Positions 36,912 to 47,498 of a DNA stretch of 51,024 nt are shown here, piece by piece. Positions within the stretch are counted from its first letter, which is position 1. Each line of letters starts with the position of its first letter. A program made the position numbers and the translations under genes. The stretch comes from Brachyspira sp. (lineage in GTDB: Bacteria > Spirochaetota > Brachyspiria > Brachyspirales > Brachyspiraceae), in assembly GCF_050873525.1 (NCBI RefSeq), contig NZ_JBNMIZ010000001.1:1-51024 (forward strand). The letters run 5' to 3'. The notes beneath the pieces were generated by a model. It was not told the DNA's origin and made no database searches. It was given only the letters and a program-made list of their open reading frames with translations.

Positions 36912-37532
36912 TTAAATTTTATCCAAAATAAGTCTTAAATCTTTTTTGTCTATTATTATATTCGCTTCTTTTTTTAGAATTTCTTTTGAGCAAAAAGCTA
37001 CTCGGTTTTTCGCATATTTAAACATACTTAAATCGTTCGCTCCGTCTCCGACTACAAGAGTGTTATTTTCTGAAATATTGAGTAATTTTTGCAAGGCTAA
37101 AAGCATATTTCCTTTACTATCTGCAAACATCATCTCGCCGCCTACTTTTCCAGTTAAGACATTATTTTTTGTATGGAATATATTTGAAAATTCTCCGTCC
37201 AATCCTAATTTTTTAACGAATATCGAAGTCGCATTTTTGAATCCGCCCGAAAAACAAACGCATTTATATTCTTTTTTTTTCAATTCTTTAATCGTTTCTT
37301 TTGCTCCGTTCATAATTGTAAGAGACTTGCATATTTCGTTTACTTTTTCCAATTTCATTCCTTCAAGCAAAGCGACTCTCGAAGTTAAACTTTCAAAAAA
37401 ATCTATCTCTCCTTTCATGCCTTTTTCTGTGATTTTTTTTATTTCTTCGTAATAATCGGTTTCTTTAGCTATTATGTCCAAAGTTTCTCCGTCCATAAGC
37501 GTGGAGTCAAAATCAAAAACGGCTAATTTCAT
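36912..37532 (-). CDS. serB: Phosphoserine phosphatase
   Basis: FDFDSTL, F.ESL..RV.LL, SGGF, GDGANDL.M. Confidence 0.93.
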   Translation of the reverse strand: MKLAVFDFDSTLMDGETLDIIAKETDYYEEIKKITEKGMKGEIDFFESLTSRVALLEGMKLEKVNEICKSLTIMNGAKETIKELKKKEYKCVCFSGGFKNATSIFVKKLGLDGEFSNIFHTKNNVLTGKVGGEMMFADSKGNMLLALQKLLNISENNTLVVGDGANDLSMFKYAKNRVAFCSKEILKKEANIIIDKKDLRLILDKI

Positions 37533-37673
37533 TTTTAGAATTATTCCTTTAATTAATTAAAATAATATAACGGGAAAAAGTAATTTTGGCAAGACTTAAT
37601 TTTACTAATATACTTGCCAAACTTCTAAACTCTGTTATACTATCATTTTATAATTACGGAGAAAATAAAAAAT

Positions 37674-39263
37674 ATGATAAAAAAAATTATCTCAAATATC
37701 ATTAAAGAAGCGGTAAATAATTATCTAAAAAATCAAAATATAAATAACGATATAAATATTGAAAATATAGAAATCGCATATTCGGTTGACGATAAATTCG
37801 GAGATTATGCCTGCCCAATCGGAATGCGTCTCGCTAAAATATTAAAAAAAAATCCAATGGAAATCGCTCAAGGAATAATAAACAATATAGAAAATAATAA
37901 ATATTTCGACAAAATCGAAGTCGCAAAACCGGGCTTTATAAATCTTACTCTTTCAAAAGAATATATAAATAATTCTATAAACGATTTATTAAAAAACGAA
38001 AATTACGGAAAAAATATTTTGGAAGAAAAAAAGAAAATTTTAGTGGAATATATAAGCGCAAATCCAACAGGACCTCTTCATATCGGGCATGGAAGATGGG
38101 CGGCGATTGGAAGCGCCTTATCGAATCTCCTTAAATATGCGGGACATGAAATTTATCAGGAATTCTATGTAAACGATGCGGGCGAGCAGATAGAAAAATT
38201 GAATCAGAGCGTTCAGGCGGTTAAAGACGGAAAAGAAATTCCAGAAGACGGCTATCATGGAGATTATATAAAAGATATTGCGAAAGAAAACGGAATTCCT
38301 AAAGATATAATTTTGGAAAGTCAGAAAAAACTTTTGAAAAGATTCAGAGTGGAAATGGATAACTATGCATTGGAATCGAAAATCAGAGAAAACGGAGAAC
38401 TTGAAAAAGCAATTGATTTTTTAGATAAAGAAGGACTTTTATTTGAAGAAGATAACGCCGTTTGGTTTAGAAGCGTGAAGTTCGGAGACGATAAAGATAG
38501 AGTTATTAAAAAAAGCAACGGATTATACACATATTTTGCTCCAGATATTGCCTATCATAAAAATAAAATCGACAGAGGCTATAAATATTTAATAGATATT
38601 TTAGGAGCAGACCATCATGGATATGTTCCGAGAATTACTGCGGCGGTTAGGGCGGTTTCGGGCGACACGGCAAGTTTGAAAGTTATTTTAGGGCAGATGG
38701 TTAGATTATTCAGAGGGAAAGAAATTGTCCGAATGAGCAAGAGAACGGGAGATATGATAAGTTTGGAAGAAGTTATTGACGAGATTGGAGTCGATTCAAC
38801 GAGATATTTTTTGCTTATGCGTTCGTATTCGAGTTCGCTTGATTTCGATTTGGAACTTGCAAAAAAGAAAGACAACGATAATCCAGTTTATTATATTCAA
38901 TACGCTTACGCGAGAATTTGCAATATATTTTTTAAGCTCAAAGAAAAAAATTTAAGTTATAACGAAAATAAATCTTTCGATATAAATAATATTTCAAACG
39001 AAAGTTCTTTAAAACTTGCGAAAATTATTTTAAGACTGCCAGATGAAATTTACGAATCTTCAAAATCTTTGGAAGTTTATACTTTTCTAAATTATACTTA
39101 CGAAGTGGCGTCCGCATTGCATAAATTTTATTACGACAATATAGTTTTGGACGAAGACGAAAATATTCGGCAGGAAAGATTAACTTTGGTAAAAGCCGTC
39201 CAAAAAGTTTTAGGAATTTGTTTCGATATTATAGGAATTTCAAAAATAGAAAGAATGTGGTAA
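37674..39263 (+). CDS. argS: Arginine--tRNA ligase
   Basis: [40 protein letters not shown]. Confidence 0.97.
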   Translation: MIKKIISNIIKEAVNNYLKNQNINNDINIENIEIAYSVDDKFGDYACPIGMRLAKILKKNPMEIAQGIINNIENNKYFDKIEVAKPGFINLTLSKEYINNSINDLLKNENYGKNILEEKKKILVEYISANPTGPLHIGHGRWAAIGSALSNLLKYAGHEIYQEFYVNDAGEQIEKLNQSVQAVKDGKEIPEDGYHGDYIKDIAKENGIPKDIILESQKKLLKRFRVEMDNYALESKIRENGELEKAIDFLDKEGLLFEEDNAVWFRSVKFGDDKDRVIKKSNGLYTYFAPDIAYHKNKIDRGYKYLIDILGADHHGYVPRITAAVRAVSGDTASLKVILGQMVRLFRGKEIVRMSKRTGDMISLEEVIDEIGVDSTRYFLLMRSYSSSLDFDLELAKKKDNDNPVYYIQYAYARICNIFFKLKEKNLSYNENKSFDINNISNESSLKLAKIILRLPDEIYESSKSLEVYTFLNYTYEVASALHKFYYDNIVLDEDENIRQERLTLVKAVQKVLGICFDIIGISKIERMW

Positions 39264-39274
39264 TTTTTAAAATA

Positions 39275-39463
39275 AAAAATCCGCCTCATCGTATAAGACA
39301 TAACTGCGCCTGACTTTTTCGTCAGGTGGGCTACCCAGAAACATGACCTTGATTTCTCAAAACCGCAAGCGGCGAGCCTATCATTGATATTTCGCTCTGT
39401 ATCCCTAATGCATTAATTTATAGTGGCGCAAAAATGTCGTCTATTCACGCATGAGGCAGAATT
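39275..39463 (-). ncRNA. ssrS: Probable 6S RNA
   Basis: About 185-nt GC-enriched non-coding segment; 5' UCUGCCUCAU pairs with 3' AUGAGGCGGA, inner GACAU/AUGUC and UGCGCC/GGCGCA helices, A/U-rich central bubble, own promoter TTGACA-N17-TATAGT (39498-39470), U-tract at the 3' end. Rfam not run. Confidence 0.72.
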
Positions 39464-39570
39464 ATTTAAACTATAAATTTAATTTTATTATTTGTCAATA
39501 CTCGAATAATTTTTATTTAAAAAGTTATTCATATAAATTAAAGAATTAAAAAATCGTTATAATAATTTAT

Positions 39571-40521
39571 TTATAATTTTATCTTATTTATCTCCACTAA
39601 AGAATCATTTTCTTTTAAGGAAGGGCTTATTTTTAGTATGCATATTATTCCATCATAAGAAGCTTTTATATCTTTTATTTTATCTCCAAAATAATCCCTT
39701 ATTTCGCCTACAGTATCTCCGACTTTAACAAAATCGCCAGTATCTACTAAAGGATACCACATGCCAAAATCAATATCGCTTTTTATAGAACCCGTATAAT
39801 TTAGAATTACTCTTTTTTCAGTGTCTTTCATATTTTCGTTTTCAAGCATATTAATATAAATCATAATATTTTTAATTCCGTTATAATGAACTTCTGTATT
39901 TAAATTATCGAGCAAACCGTTTCCTCCAGCTTCGGTAAGTATAGAAGGGACTCCTCTAAACGCTAATCTACTATAAGCTCCGCCGTATTTATTTTCTTTA
40001 TTCATTTCGGTGTGTATAATATATTTTATGTTGTAGATTTCAGCCATTTTTTTTGAAATAGAATCCGTTTTATCATCGTTTACTATTGGAACATAAATGC
40101 AGTTTGCTATTTTTTCTGGAATATCTCCTCCATGAAGCTCTATGCAATAGTCTATATCTTTTAAAACTTCATTCCAAAAATAATAATTCATAACTTCCGT
40201 ATAACTTCCATTTTCTTTACCAGGAAAAAGTCTTAACGGATTTTTATTGTCTTTAGGAACTACAAAAGGGGCGTTTTCTCTAAAAGCTGGAATATTATAT
40301 ATAGTGGTTATTATAAGTTTTCCTTTTATTTTTAACTTGTTTGCTTCTATATCTTTCAATAATTTTATAGCAGATTCTATACCGCAAAATTCACTTCCGT
40401 GCATTCCTCCTATTATGGCAAGAGTAGGACCTTCAATTTCGCCTTCTATATAAGCTACGGGAAACATAATGTATTCTTCTTCGTATCTAAATTTCAAAAT
40501 TTTCTTTATTACTTTATTCAA
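39571..40521 (-). CDS. Succinylglutamate desuccinylase/aspartoacylase (M14) family protein
   Basis: GGMHGSE..G, N.PAF, N..R.FPG, ELHGG, EAGG, C-terminal barrel-sandwich hybrid; TTG start with AAGGAG RBS. Confidence 0.87.
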   Translation of the reverse strand: MNKVIKKILKFRYEEEYIMFPVAYIEGEIEGPTLAIIGGMHGSEFCGIESAIKLLKDIEANKLKIKGKLIITTIYNIPAFRENAPFVVPKDNKNPLRLFPGKENGSYTEVMNYYFWNEVLKDIDYCIELHGGDIPEKIANCIYVPIVNDDKTDSISKKMAEIYNIKYIIHTEMNKENKYGGAYSRLAFRGVPSILTEAGGNGLLDNLNTEVHYNGIKNIMIYINMLENENMKDTEKRVILNYTGSIKSDIDFGMWYPLVDTGDFVKVGDTVGEIRDYFGDKIKDIKASYDGIICILKISPSLKENDSLVEINKIKL

Positions 40522-40536
40522 AATAATCTCCTTTGT

Positions 40537-41880
40537 TTAATTATTTAAATCTATTTTATTAAACAATGTTTTAATAAATAGCAATATAAAAACGCTTCTA
40601 CCTAAATAAAAAGCGAGTAATGAAATCCAAAGTCCGTTATTATTAAATTTATCAAAAGTTAAAAATAAAACCGCTAAAAAGAGGCATAAACTTAAAAAAG
40701 TCGATATAAATATTGGCTTATTAAAAGACGCTCCCGTAAATATTCCGTAAAAAGTTAATCCTATAGCCGATACTACGGGATATAGCGCTACCCAAAAATA
40801 ATATTTATAAGAATAATTTAAAACTTCAGCGTTGTTGGTAAAAAGGTTGATAAAATTTTTATTAAATATCAAGTATATAGAAGTTAAAACTATTATAAAT
40901 ATAAAAGCGTATTTTGTATTTTTAATAATAGTCGCTTTTAATAAATTTACATCTTTTGCTCCGCAAGATTTCCCACTATAAACACTGGATGTATTTGCTA
41001 TCCCGTCAAACATATAAGATATTATGGATTGTATTTGAAGCAATATAGAATTAGAAGAAATTAATATAGTGCCAAGTGAAGAACTTTTAGCGGTAAATAT
41101 ATTTATTTGAAGTATTAAGCATAATGTTCTTAACATTAAATAAAGATTTGAATATAAAGAATTTTTAATCTTTGAAAAATCGCTTATATTTTTAAAATTT
41201 ATTTTTCCAAAATTTCCATATTTAATTATAAATAAAAATCCTATTAAAAAAGAAACTATTTGAGAAATTAGAGTTGCAAAAGCTATTCCAAAAACTTCCA
41301 TATTTAGTATTAACGCAAATATTACATCCAGAATCATATTTAAAATATTTCCAGTAATTTGCATTATTAGAGAGGCTTTTATTTTTCTTTGTCCCATAAG
41401 CCATCCCAACATAACATAATTTGAAAGTAAAAAAGGCGCTCCCCATATCAAAATATTATAATAAATATTTAAAGATTCAAAAGCTTTAGCTTCCAAATGA
41501 AAAGCGTTCTTGCAATAAATCATTATTATTTTTTGAGAAATCAAAATTATAAAAGATATAATTAAAGCAATAAGTAAAGGTTGGAAAAATGCAAAAGATT
41601 TATCTTCTTTTCTGCCGCTGCCTAAAGCTATGGCGCTTAAAGATGTCGTATTAACTCTTAAAAATCCAAATATCCAATATATAGTATTAAATACGACACT
41701 TCCTACAGAAACGCCCGCTATATAAGCTGGGTTGTTTAGTCTTCCCGCTACTGCCGTATCTACCGCTCCAAGTAACGGTTGAGTCATCGTAGATATTACA
41801 AAAGGCATCATTATTTTTATATAATCAGCGTCTCTTATTAAATGATTATAATTATTTAAAGAATCAAGCATATTTTTCAT
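40537..41880 (-). CDS. MATE family efflux transporter (DinF-like)
   Basis: QPLLGAVDTAV.G.L, FGFLR..T, N..LD.IF, G.A.AT.ISQ, FDG.A; about 12 TM helices. Confidence 0.9.
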   Translation of the reverse strand: MKNMLDSLNNYNHLIRDADYIKIMMPFVISTMTQPLLGAVDTAVAGRLNNPAYIAGVSVGSVVFNTIYWIFGFLRVNTTSLSAIALGSGRKEDKSFAFFQPLLIALIISFIILISQKIIMIYCKNAFHLEAKAFESLNIYYNILIWGAPFLLSNYVMLGWLMGQRKIKASLIMQITGNILNMILDVIFALILNMEVFGIAFATLISQIVSFLIGFLFIIKYGNFGKINFKNISDFSKIKNSLYSNLYLMLRTLCLILQINIFTAKSSSLGTILISSNSILLQIQSIISYMFDGIANTSSVYSGKSCGAKDVNLLKATIIKNTKYAFIFIIVLTSIYLIFNKNFINLFTNNAEVLNYSYKYYFWVALYPVVSAIGLTFYGIFTGASFNKPIFISTFLSLCLFLAVLFLTFDKFNNNGLWISLLAFYLGRSVFILLFIKTLFNKIDLNN

Positions 41881-42703
41881 TTTTTAAATTTTGATATATA
41901 TTTAATATGTCAAATGTTTTAACCGAATTAAGAAGCTCTTTAGCATAATCGGTTTTTACATGACTTAAATCTTTTATATTGTCAACTTCTTCTATAATAT
42001 TTCCATTATTAAAAAATAAAACTCTGTCACATAAATAAGTTATAGTTGATAAATCATGAGTAATAAAAATATAAGAAAATTGATATATTTTTCTTAATTT
42101 TATCAAATAATCCATAACCTGCGTTTGCGTGGAAACATCCAAAGAACTTACCGCTTCGTCAAGCAAAATAACTTTTGGGTGGATTGCAACAGCTCTAGCT
42201 ATACATACTCTTTGAAGCTGTCCTCCACTTAATTCATGCGGATATCTATTCAAAAAATTTTCATTCAAACCTACATTGTTTAACAATTCTATTGCCATAT
42301 TTCTCCTATTTATTTTATCAAGTTTTTCGCCTGTATTTATTATATGAACATTAATAGCCTCATCTAAAGCTGACATTACTGTAAATCTTGGATTAACAGA
42401 AGAAACATAATCCTGAAAAACTACGCTTATATCATATTTTATGTTTTTCATTTTATATTTTTTTCCATATAGTTTTATTCCGTCTATAATCACCTCTCCT
42501 TTTTCTGGTTTATGAAGTCCTAAAATTACTTTCCCTAAAGTGCTTTTCCCACTTCCGCTTTCTCCAATAATTCCTAAACATTCCCCTTTTTTTAATTTGA
42601 GCGAAACTCCATTTAAAACTGTTTGCTTTTCTTTTCCGAATACTTTTTCTTGATTTTCTTTTCTAAAACTTACTCTTATATCTTTAGCTTCTAATAATGT
42701 CAT
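41864..42703 (-). CDS. Nickel/peptide ABC transporter ATP-binding subunit (NikE/CntF-like)
   Basis: GESGSGKST, YPHELSGGQLQR, LLDEA, ITHD. Confidence 0.9.
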   Translation of the reverse strand: MTLLEAKDIRVSFRKENQEKVFGKEKQTVLNGVSLKLKKGECLGIIGESGSGKSTLGKVILGLHKPEKGEVIIDGIKLYGKKYKMKNIKYDISVVFQDYVSSVNPRFTVMSALDEAINVHIINTGEKLDKINRRNMAIELLNNVGLNENFLNRYPHELSGGQLQRVCIARAVAIHPKVILLDEAVSSLDVSTQTQVMDYLIKLRKIYQFSYIFITHDLSTITYLCDRVLFFNNGNIIEEVDNIKDLSHVKTDYAKELLNSVKTFDILNIYQNLKNEKYA

Positions 42704-43533
42704 GCCTCTAACCCCAAATTATAAACTATAGAATTAAATTTTTTCATTACAGCCATTCTTTTTGAAACTAAAGAATTAGTGTAATCATCTTTGCTATTTA
42801 AAATTATATCAGCTATATTTCCTCTTTCTAAAATTTTGCCTTTTTTCATTACTATCATTTTATCCGATATTTTAGACAATATTCCCAAATCATGCGATAT
42901 AAAAATCATTGAAACTTTATTTTCTTTTTTTATTCTTATAAATTCTTCCATTATCGAATTCTGGCTTATAGAATCTATTGAAGTCGTAGGTTCATCAGCA
43001 ATCAATAATTTAGGCTCTACCGATAAAGCTAAACCTATCATTATTCTTTGGAGCATACCGCCGCTTAACTGATGCGGATACTTTTTTATAGTATCTTTAG
43101 GATTTTTTATTTTCATTATTTCTAAAGTTTCTATGCATTTTTTATATATGTTTTCTTTACTAAGATTTGTATGTTCCTTAAAAGTCTCTTCCATTTGATT
43201 ATATATTCTATACAAAGGGTCAAAGCATGTCATAGGGTTTTGAAGTATCATGCATATATCTTTCCCTCTTATTTTTCTCATATTTGAAGGAGATTCTTTT
43301 ATCAAATCATTACCATAAAATAAAGCTTCTCCATTTACTTCAAAATTATTGTCAAGTAAACCGAGTATAGATTTTATAGTTATACTCTTTCCGCTTCCAC
43401 TCTCTCCCAATATTCCGACACATTCTCCTTTGCTTATAGAAAATGAAACATTATCTATTATTTTCTCATTGTTATTTTTTCTATGTTTAAAATAAACATT
43501 AAGATTTTTAATTATCAAAATATTTTCTTTCAT
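42700..43533 (-). CDS. Nickel/peptide ABC transporter ATP-binding subunit (NikD/CntD-like)
   Basis: GESGSGKS, QNPM..FDP, YPHQLSGGMLQR, IADEPTT. Confidence 0.9.
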   Translation of the reverse strand: MKENILIIKNLNVYFKHRKNNNEKIIDNVSFSISKGECVGILGESGSGKSITIKSILGLLDNNFEVNGEALFYGNDLIKESPSNMRKIRGKDICMILQNPMTCFDPLYRIYNQMEETFKEHTNLSKENIYKKCIETLEIMKIKNPKDTIKKYPHQLSGGMLQRIMIGLALSVEPKLLIADEPTTSIDSISQNSIMEEFIRIKKENKVSMIFISHDLGILSKISDKMIVMKKGKILERGNIADIILNSKDDYTNSLVSKRMAVMKKFNSIVYNLGLEA

Positions 43534-43548
43534 AATAATACCTTTTAT

Positions 43549-44373
43549 CTAAACTCTGCTTTCTTTAGGGTCCAAAACATCTCTTAATGCGTCTCCCAAA
43601 AGATTAAAAGAAGCGACTAAACATACTATAGCTATACCTGGAACTATCATTTGTTTCGGATTAGTCGTCATGACATTTTTAGCCTCGTTTAGCATAGCTC
43701 CCCATTCTGGTATTGGGGCTTGAACTCCAAGTCCTAAAAAAGACAAAGTAGATATATTTAATATAGCCCATCCAGTATCTAAAGTAGCCAAAACTATCAT
43801 TTCCGAAGATATAGACGGAATCATATGCTTAAATAATATAAAAGGAGAACCAGAGCCTACAGTTTTTGAAAATAGAACAAAATTTTTTTCTCTATACTTT
43901 AAAACATTAGTTCTTATCATTCTAGAATACCAAGCCCATTTTATAAAAACATTAGCTATAATAACATTGGCTATATCTACTCCAAGCAAGGCTACTACCG
44001 CAAGTATCATTATCTGACTTGGGAAAGAAAGCATTACATCGACTATTCTCATTATAATTTCGTCTACAGCTCCTTTAAAATATCCAGCTAATATACCCAT
44101 AAAAGTTCCAAGTCCTATAGTTCCAAGCATAGTAAGAAGAGATAAAAATAAAGTGTATCTTATTCCATATATCATCCTTGAGAGTATGCATCTTCCAAGC
44201 TGGTCTGTTCCGAGAGGATATTCTTTTGAAAGCCCCGCAAATTTATTTAATATATTATTAACATAAGGGTCATTTGGAGCTATCAAAGGAGCTAATATTC
44301 CTATCAAAGCTATTATTAATATAAACAATACGCATCCTAAAGCAATTTTATTTTCTAAAAATCTTTTAAACAT
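43549..44373 (-). CDS. Nickel/metallophore ABC permease (NikC/CntC-like)
   Basis: LGTDQLGRCILSR, KWAWYSRMIR, LSFLGLGVQAP.PEWG.ML. Confidence 0.9.
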   Translation of the reverse strand: MFKRFLENKIALGCVLFILIIALIGILAPLIAPNDPYVNNILNKFAGLSKEYPLGTDQLGRCILSRMIYGIRYTLFLSLLTMLGTIGLGTFMGILAGYFKGAVDEIIMRIVDVMLSFPSQIMILAVVALLGVDIANVIIANVFIKWAWYSRMIRTNVLKYREKNFVLFSKTVGSGSPFILFKHMIPSISSEMIVLATLDTGWAILNISTLSFLGLGVQAPIPEWGAMLNEAKNVMTTNPKQMIVPGIAIVCLVASFNLLGDALRDVLDPKESRV

Positions 44374-44375
44374 TA

Positions 44376-45314
44376 TTAATCTCCTATTCTTAATCGAGGG
44401 TCCGCAAGTCTTTGAATTATATCGAATATTAAATTAAAAAACACGAATAAAATCCCTGTCATCAATATATAAGCCTGAATAACGGGATAATCTCTGTTGA
44501 ATATAGAAGCTATGCATAATCTACCTATACCTGGCCATGCAAAAACATTTTCTACTACTATAGTTCCAGAAATTAATTGCGGAATACTCATACCAATTGC
44601 CGTAATACATGATTGTAACGAATTTTTTAATATATGTCTTACGAGAATAACTCTATGCTTTAAACCTCTAGCGTTAGCGTATAAAACATAATCCTCTTTC
44701 ATATTTTCAAGCATATTGTTTCTTATAAGTCTTATATAAGTGGATATATAAGTAATAGATATAGTAACAGAAGGAAGTATAGCATGCGCTAAAGTTCCGT
44801 TTCCGCTTGTCGGCAAAATATCAAGTTTTATACTTATAAGCCATATAAGAAGAAGCCCTATCCAATACGCTGGCATAGCTGTAGTAGCAAATACAGAAAA
44901 CCGAATTATTCTATCAAATAGGCTATCTTTATATACGGCACTAAAAAAACCAATTGGTAAACTCAAAACTATGACAAATATAAGCGATAGAAAAGCCAAT
45001 TGCAAAGTGGCAGGAAGACATCTCGCAATTTCTCCTACCACAGTTCTTGATGGATTTGTATAGCTTACTCCCAAATCTAATCTTAAAAAATCTAATATCC
45101 ATCTAAAATACCTGATAAAAAATGGTTCGTTTAGTCCGAGTTCTTCTCTCATCTGCTCAACAGCTTCTTCAGATATTATTGGAATTTGCTGAACTCTTAA
45201 AACTACCTCCGCAGGGTCAGACGGTATCAAATTAATAAAGAAAAAACTTAAAAGAGTAATACCAAATAATAACGGTATAGTAACTAAAATTCTTTTTATG
45301 ATATAAGCTTTCAT
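44376..45314 (-). CDS. Nickel/metallophore ABC permease (NikB/CntB-like)
   Basis: DPAEV.LR, DLG.SY, YV.YA.ARGL, VVENVFAWPGIGRL, RDYPVIQ. Confidence 0.9.
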   Translation of the reverse strand: MKAYIIKRILVTIPLLFGITLLSFFFINLIPSDPAEVVLRVQQIPIISEEAVEQMREELGLNEPFFIRYFRWILDFLRLDLGVSYTNPSRTVVGEIARCLPATLQLAFLSLIFVIVLSLPIGFFSAVYKDSLFDRIIRFSVFATTAMPAYWIGLLLIWLISIKLDILPTSGNGTLAHAILPSVTISITYISTYIRLIRNNMLENMKEDYVLYANARGLKHRVILVRHILKNSLQSCITAIGMSIPQLISGTIVVENVFAWPGIGRLCIASIFNRDYPVIQAYILMTGILFVFFNLIFDIIQRLADPRLRIGD

Positions 45315-45366
45315 AATTTTTCCTATGAATTACAAAATATATTATGTAAAAATTAGCTATTGACTA

Positions 45367-46974
45367 TTAATTTGCTATATCAAAATACATTAACCAAAAA
45401 GGCACTTCGTATTGAGTTTGAGCAAATTGAACATTTTTCAAATCTGCCGTATAAACCGCTTTATTGCATTCATATGTTAAAGGAATATACACGGCATCCT
45501 CATGAAGTCTTGTAAGAACAAAATTATAAAGCGTTTGCCTTTCTTTTTCGTCCACACTTAAAAGTATCTTCGTTATGGCTTCATCAATTTCTTTTTTGTC
45601 ATGCAAGCCTTGTTGAGCCGCATAATCTCCGTAAACTCTTTGACGCATTGCCGCTAAAGAAGATTGAGGGTCGTAAGGAGAACCCCAGCATATATTAAAT
45701 ATCATATCAAAATTTCCAGCTTTCATATTGTCTCTATACGATTGCTCCTCCTCTCCCGTTATATTTACTTGAATTCCTATTTTAGCATATTCAGCTTGCA
45801 AATATTCGGATATAGTTTTTTCTGTTACGCTGTCGCTATTATATAAAAGCCTTAAATTTAATTTTTCTCTATTTTTCTCTCTTATGCCATCGCTTCCAAT
45901 AATCCATCCCGCTTCATCCAATAATTCTTTTGCCTTATCCATATTATATTCGTAAGGAGTCAAATTAATATTGCAGTAAGGAATAGTCTTTGAAAATAGA
46001 GTATCGGCTGGAGGTTCTAATCCATAAAATATTCCGTCAGATATAGCTTTTCTATCCGTAGCATGCTGCAAAGCTATTCGCACTTTACTATCGGAAAGTA
46101 TATTATGCGTAGTATTTAAGACTATTTGCCTTGTAGAAGTAGGTTCGGATAAAGAAGACACAAATTTATCACTTCCCTTATACTTATTAATAGCATCCGA
46201 GTCAAGCATATTTTTTCCAAATATTAAATCTATCTCGCCTTTTTCTAAAGCTAATAATCTCGTTTGATTGTCGGGAATAACTTTTACCATTATATTTTTT
46301 ATTTTAGGAGCTTCTCCCCAATAATTCGTATTGGCTTCAAAAATAGCATATTTATCGGTTTCAAATTCTTTTAATACATACGGTCCAGTTCCTATAAATT
46401 CGTTAACTCCGTTTTTGGTAGAACCGTTTTTCATAGCTTTAGGAGATATCATAGCGAATGGACGCGTCACTCCAAGTTCTGTTAGCATAGGATAATATGG
46501 AGAAGTTAAAGTAATTCTAAAAGTGTAATCGTCTATAGCTTCCACTTTATCAAGAATATGCATCATTTCAAGCCAAGTATGCCTATCTTTATTTTCGAGT
46601 ATGGCGTCAAAATTGGCTTTTATGGCGTTAGCGTCACAAATCTCTCCGTCCGAAAAATATACTCCTTTTCTTATATTGAAAGTGTAAACCTTACCGCCGT
46701 CCGTTATTTCCCAGCTTTCCGCAAGGCATGGTTCGTAACCGTTTTTTCCTATATTAACCAAAGTCTCGTAAAGCATCTCTTGAGCATACATTTCGCCTGC
46801 GTATAAATGAGGGTTTAAATCTCTTATATCTCTATAATTTACGAATATAAGCTCTTCGTTCTTTGCTCTCCTTTCATTAGAAGATGATTTGCTTTCAGAA
46901 GAACATCCTATTAAACTTATGCACCATATAACAAATATGGAATTAAAAATCGTTTTAAAAATTGTATTATTCAT
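45367..46974 (-). CDS. Nickel/metallophore ABC transporter substrate-binding lipoprotein (NikA/CntA-like)
   Basis: Lipobox LIGC, DI.DLNPHLY, RHTW, RPF, IGTGPY, WG.PYDP.. Confidence 0.9.
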   Translation of the reverse strand: MNNTIFKTIFNSIFVIWCISLIGCSSESKSSSNERRAKNEELIFVNYRDIRDLNPHLYAGEMYAQEMLYETLVNIGKNGYEPCLAESWEITDGGKVYTFNIRKGVYFSDGEICDANAIKANFDAILENKDRHTWLEMMHILDKVEAIDDYTFRITLTSPYYPMLTELGVTRPFAMISPKAMKNGSTKNGVNEFIGTGPYVLKEFETDKYAIFEANTNYWGEAPKIKNIMVKVIPDNQTRLLALEKGEIDLIFGKNMLDSDAINKYKGSDKFVSSLSEPTSTRQIVLNTTHNILSDSKVRIALQHATDRKAISDGIFYGLEPPADTLFSKTIPYCNINLTPYEYNMDKAKELLDEAGWIIGSDGIREKNREKLNLRLLYNSDSVTEKTISEYLQAEYAKIGIQVNITGEEEQSYRDNMKAGNFDMIFNICWGSPYDPQSSLAAMRQRVYGDYAAQQGLHDKKEIDEAITKILLSVDEKERQTLYNFVLTRLHEDAVYIPLTYECNKAVYTADLKNVQFAQTQYEVPFWLMYFDIAN

Positions 46975-47019
46975 TTTAGAATAATCTCCTTTACTTTTAG
47001 TATATTTTGAAATATTGTT

Positions 47020-47350
47020 AGAATATTATAACATATATAAAATATTTGTCAATAGTTTTTATAGCGTTTTGAGGTTGAAAATTTTTCGTATTGCCTACAA
47101 TTTTTATATCTCGTTTATTTCTAATTTTTTGAACGGCGCTAAAACCTAAATCTGCTCTTTCTATTCGTTCGCTTAAAAGTAAAACATATTCGTCAAAACT
47201 TTCGATATATTCGTTTATATTTTTAAAATCTATATCCTACATTTTATATATTTTATTTAAGTTTTCTATATCTTTATGTGGAACAGGCAAAGATTGAAAA
47301 TCTTTATTTATCTTGAATACTTTTATAGAATTTATAGTTTTAAATTGCAA
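47020..47350 (-). pseudogene. Possible degraded CDS fragment
   Basis: About 110 codons in one frame with a single TAG (47239-47237): ...FQSLPVPHKDIENLNKIYKM*DIDFKNINEYIESFDEYVLLLSERIERADLGFSAVQKIRNKRDIKIVGNTKNF... Confidence 0.4.
47025..47052 (-). promoter_or_regulatory. Promoter TTGACA-N16-TATAAT of the nickel ABC operon
   Basis: tgtcaa at 47047-47052, attata at 47025-47030; AAGGAG RBS before ATG 46974. Confidence 0.65.
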
Positions 47351-47429
47351 TTCTCAATGTCATTTTTATCAAAAAACAGCCTCCTCCATTAGCAACAACT
47401 CAAAAATAAAAATAAATTATTAAATCTCT

Positions 47430-47457
47430 TTGACAAATAAAATTATTTTGTTATAAT
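47430..47457 (+). promoter_or_regulatory. purB promoter TTGACA-N16-TATAAT with extended -10
   Basis: Perfect hexamers; GGAG RBS before ATG 47499. Confidence 0.7.
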
Positions 47458-47498
47458 TTATTTTCTAATTAATAAAAGTAGTTGGAGTTTTATAAAAT

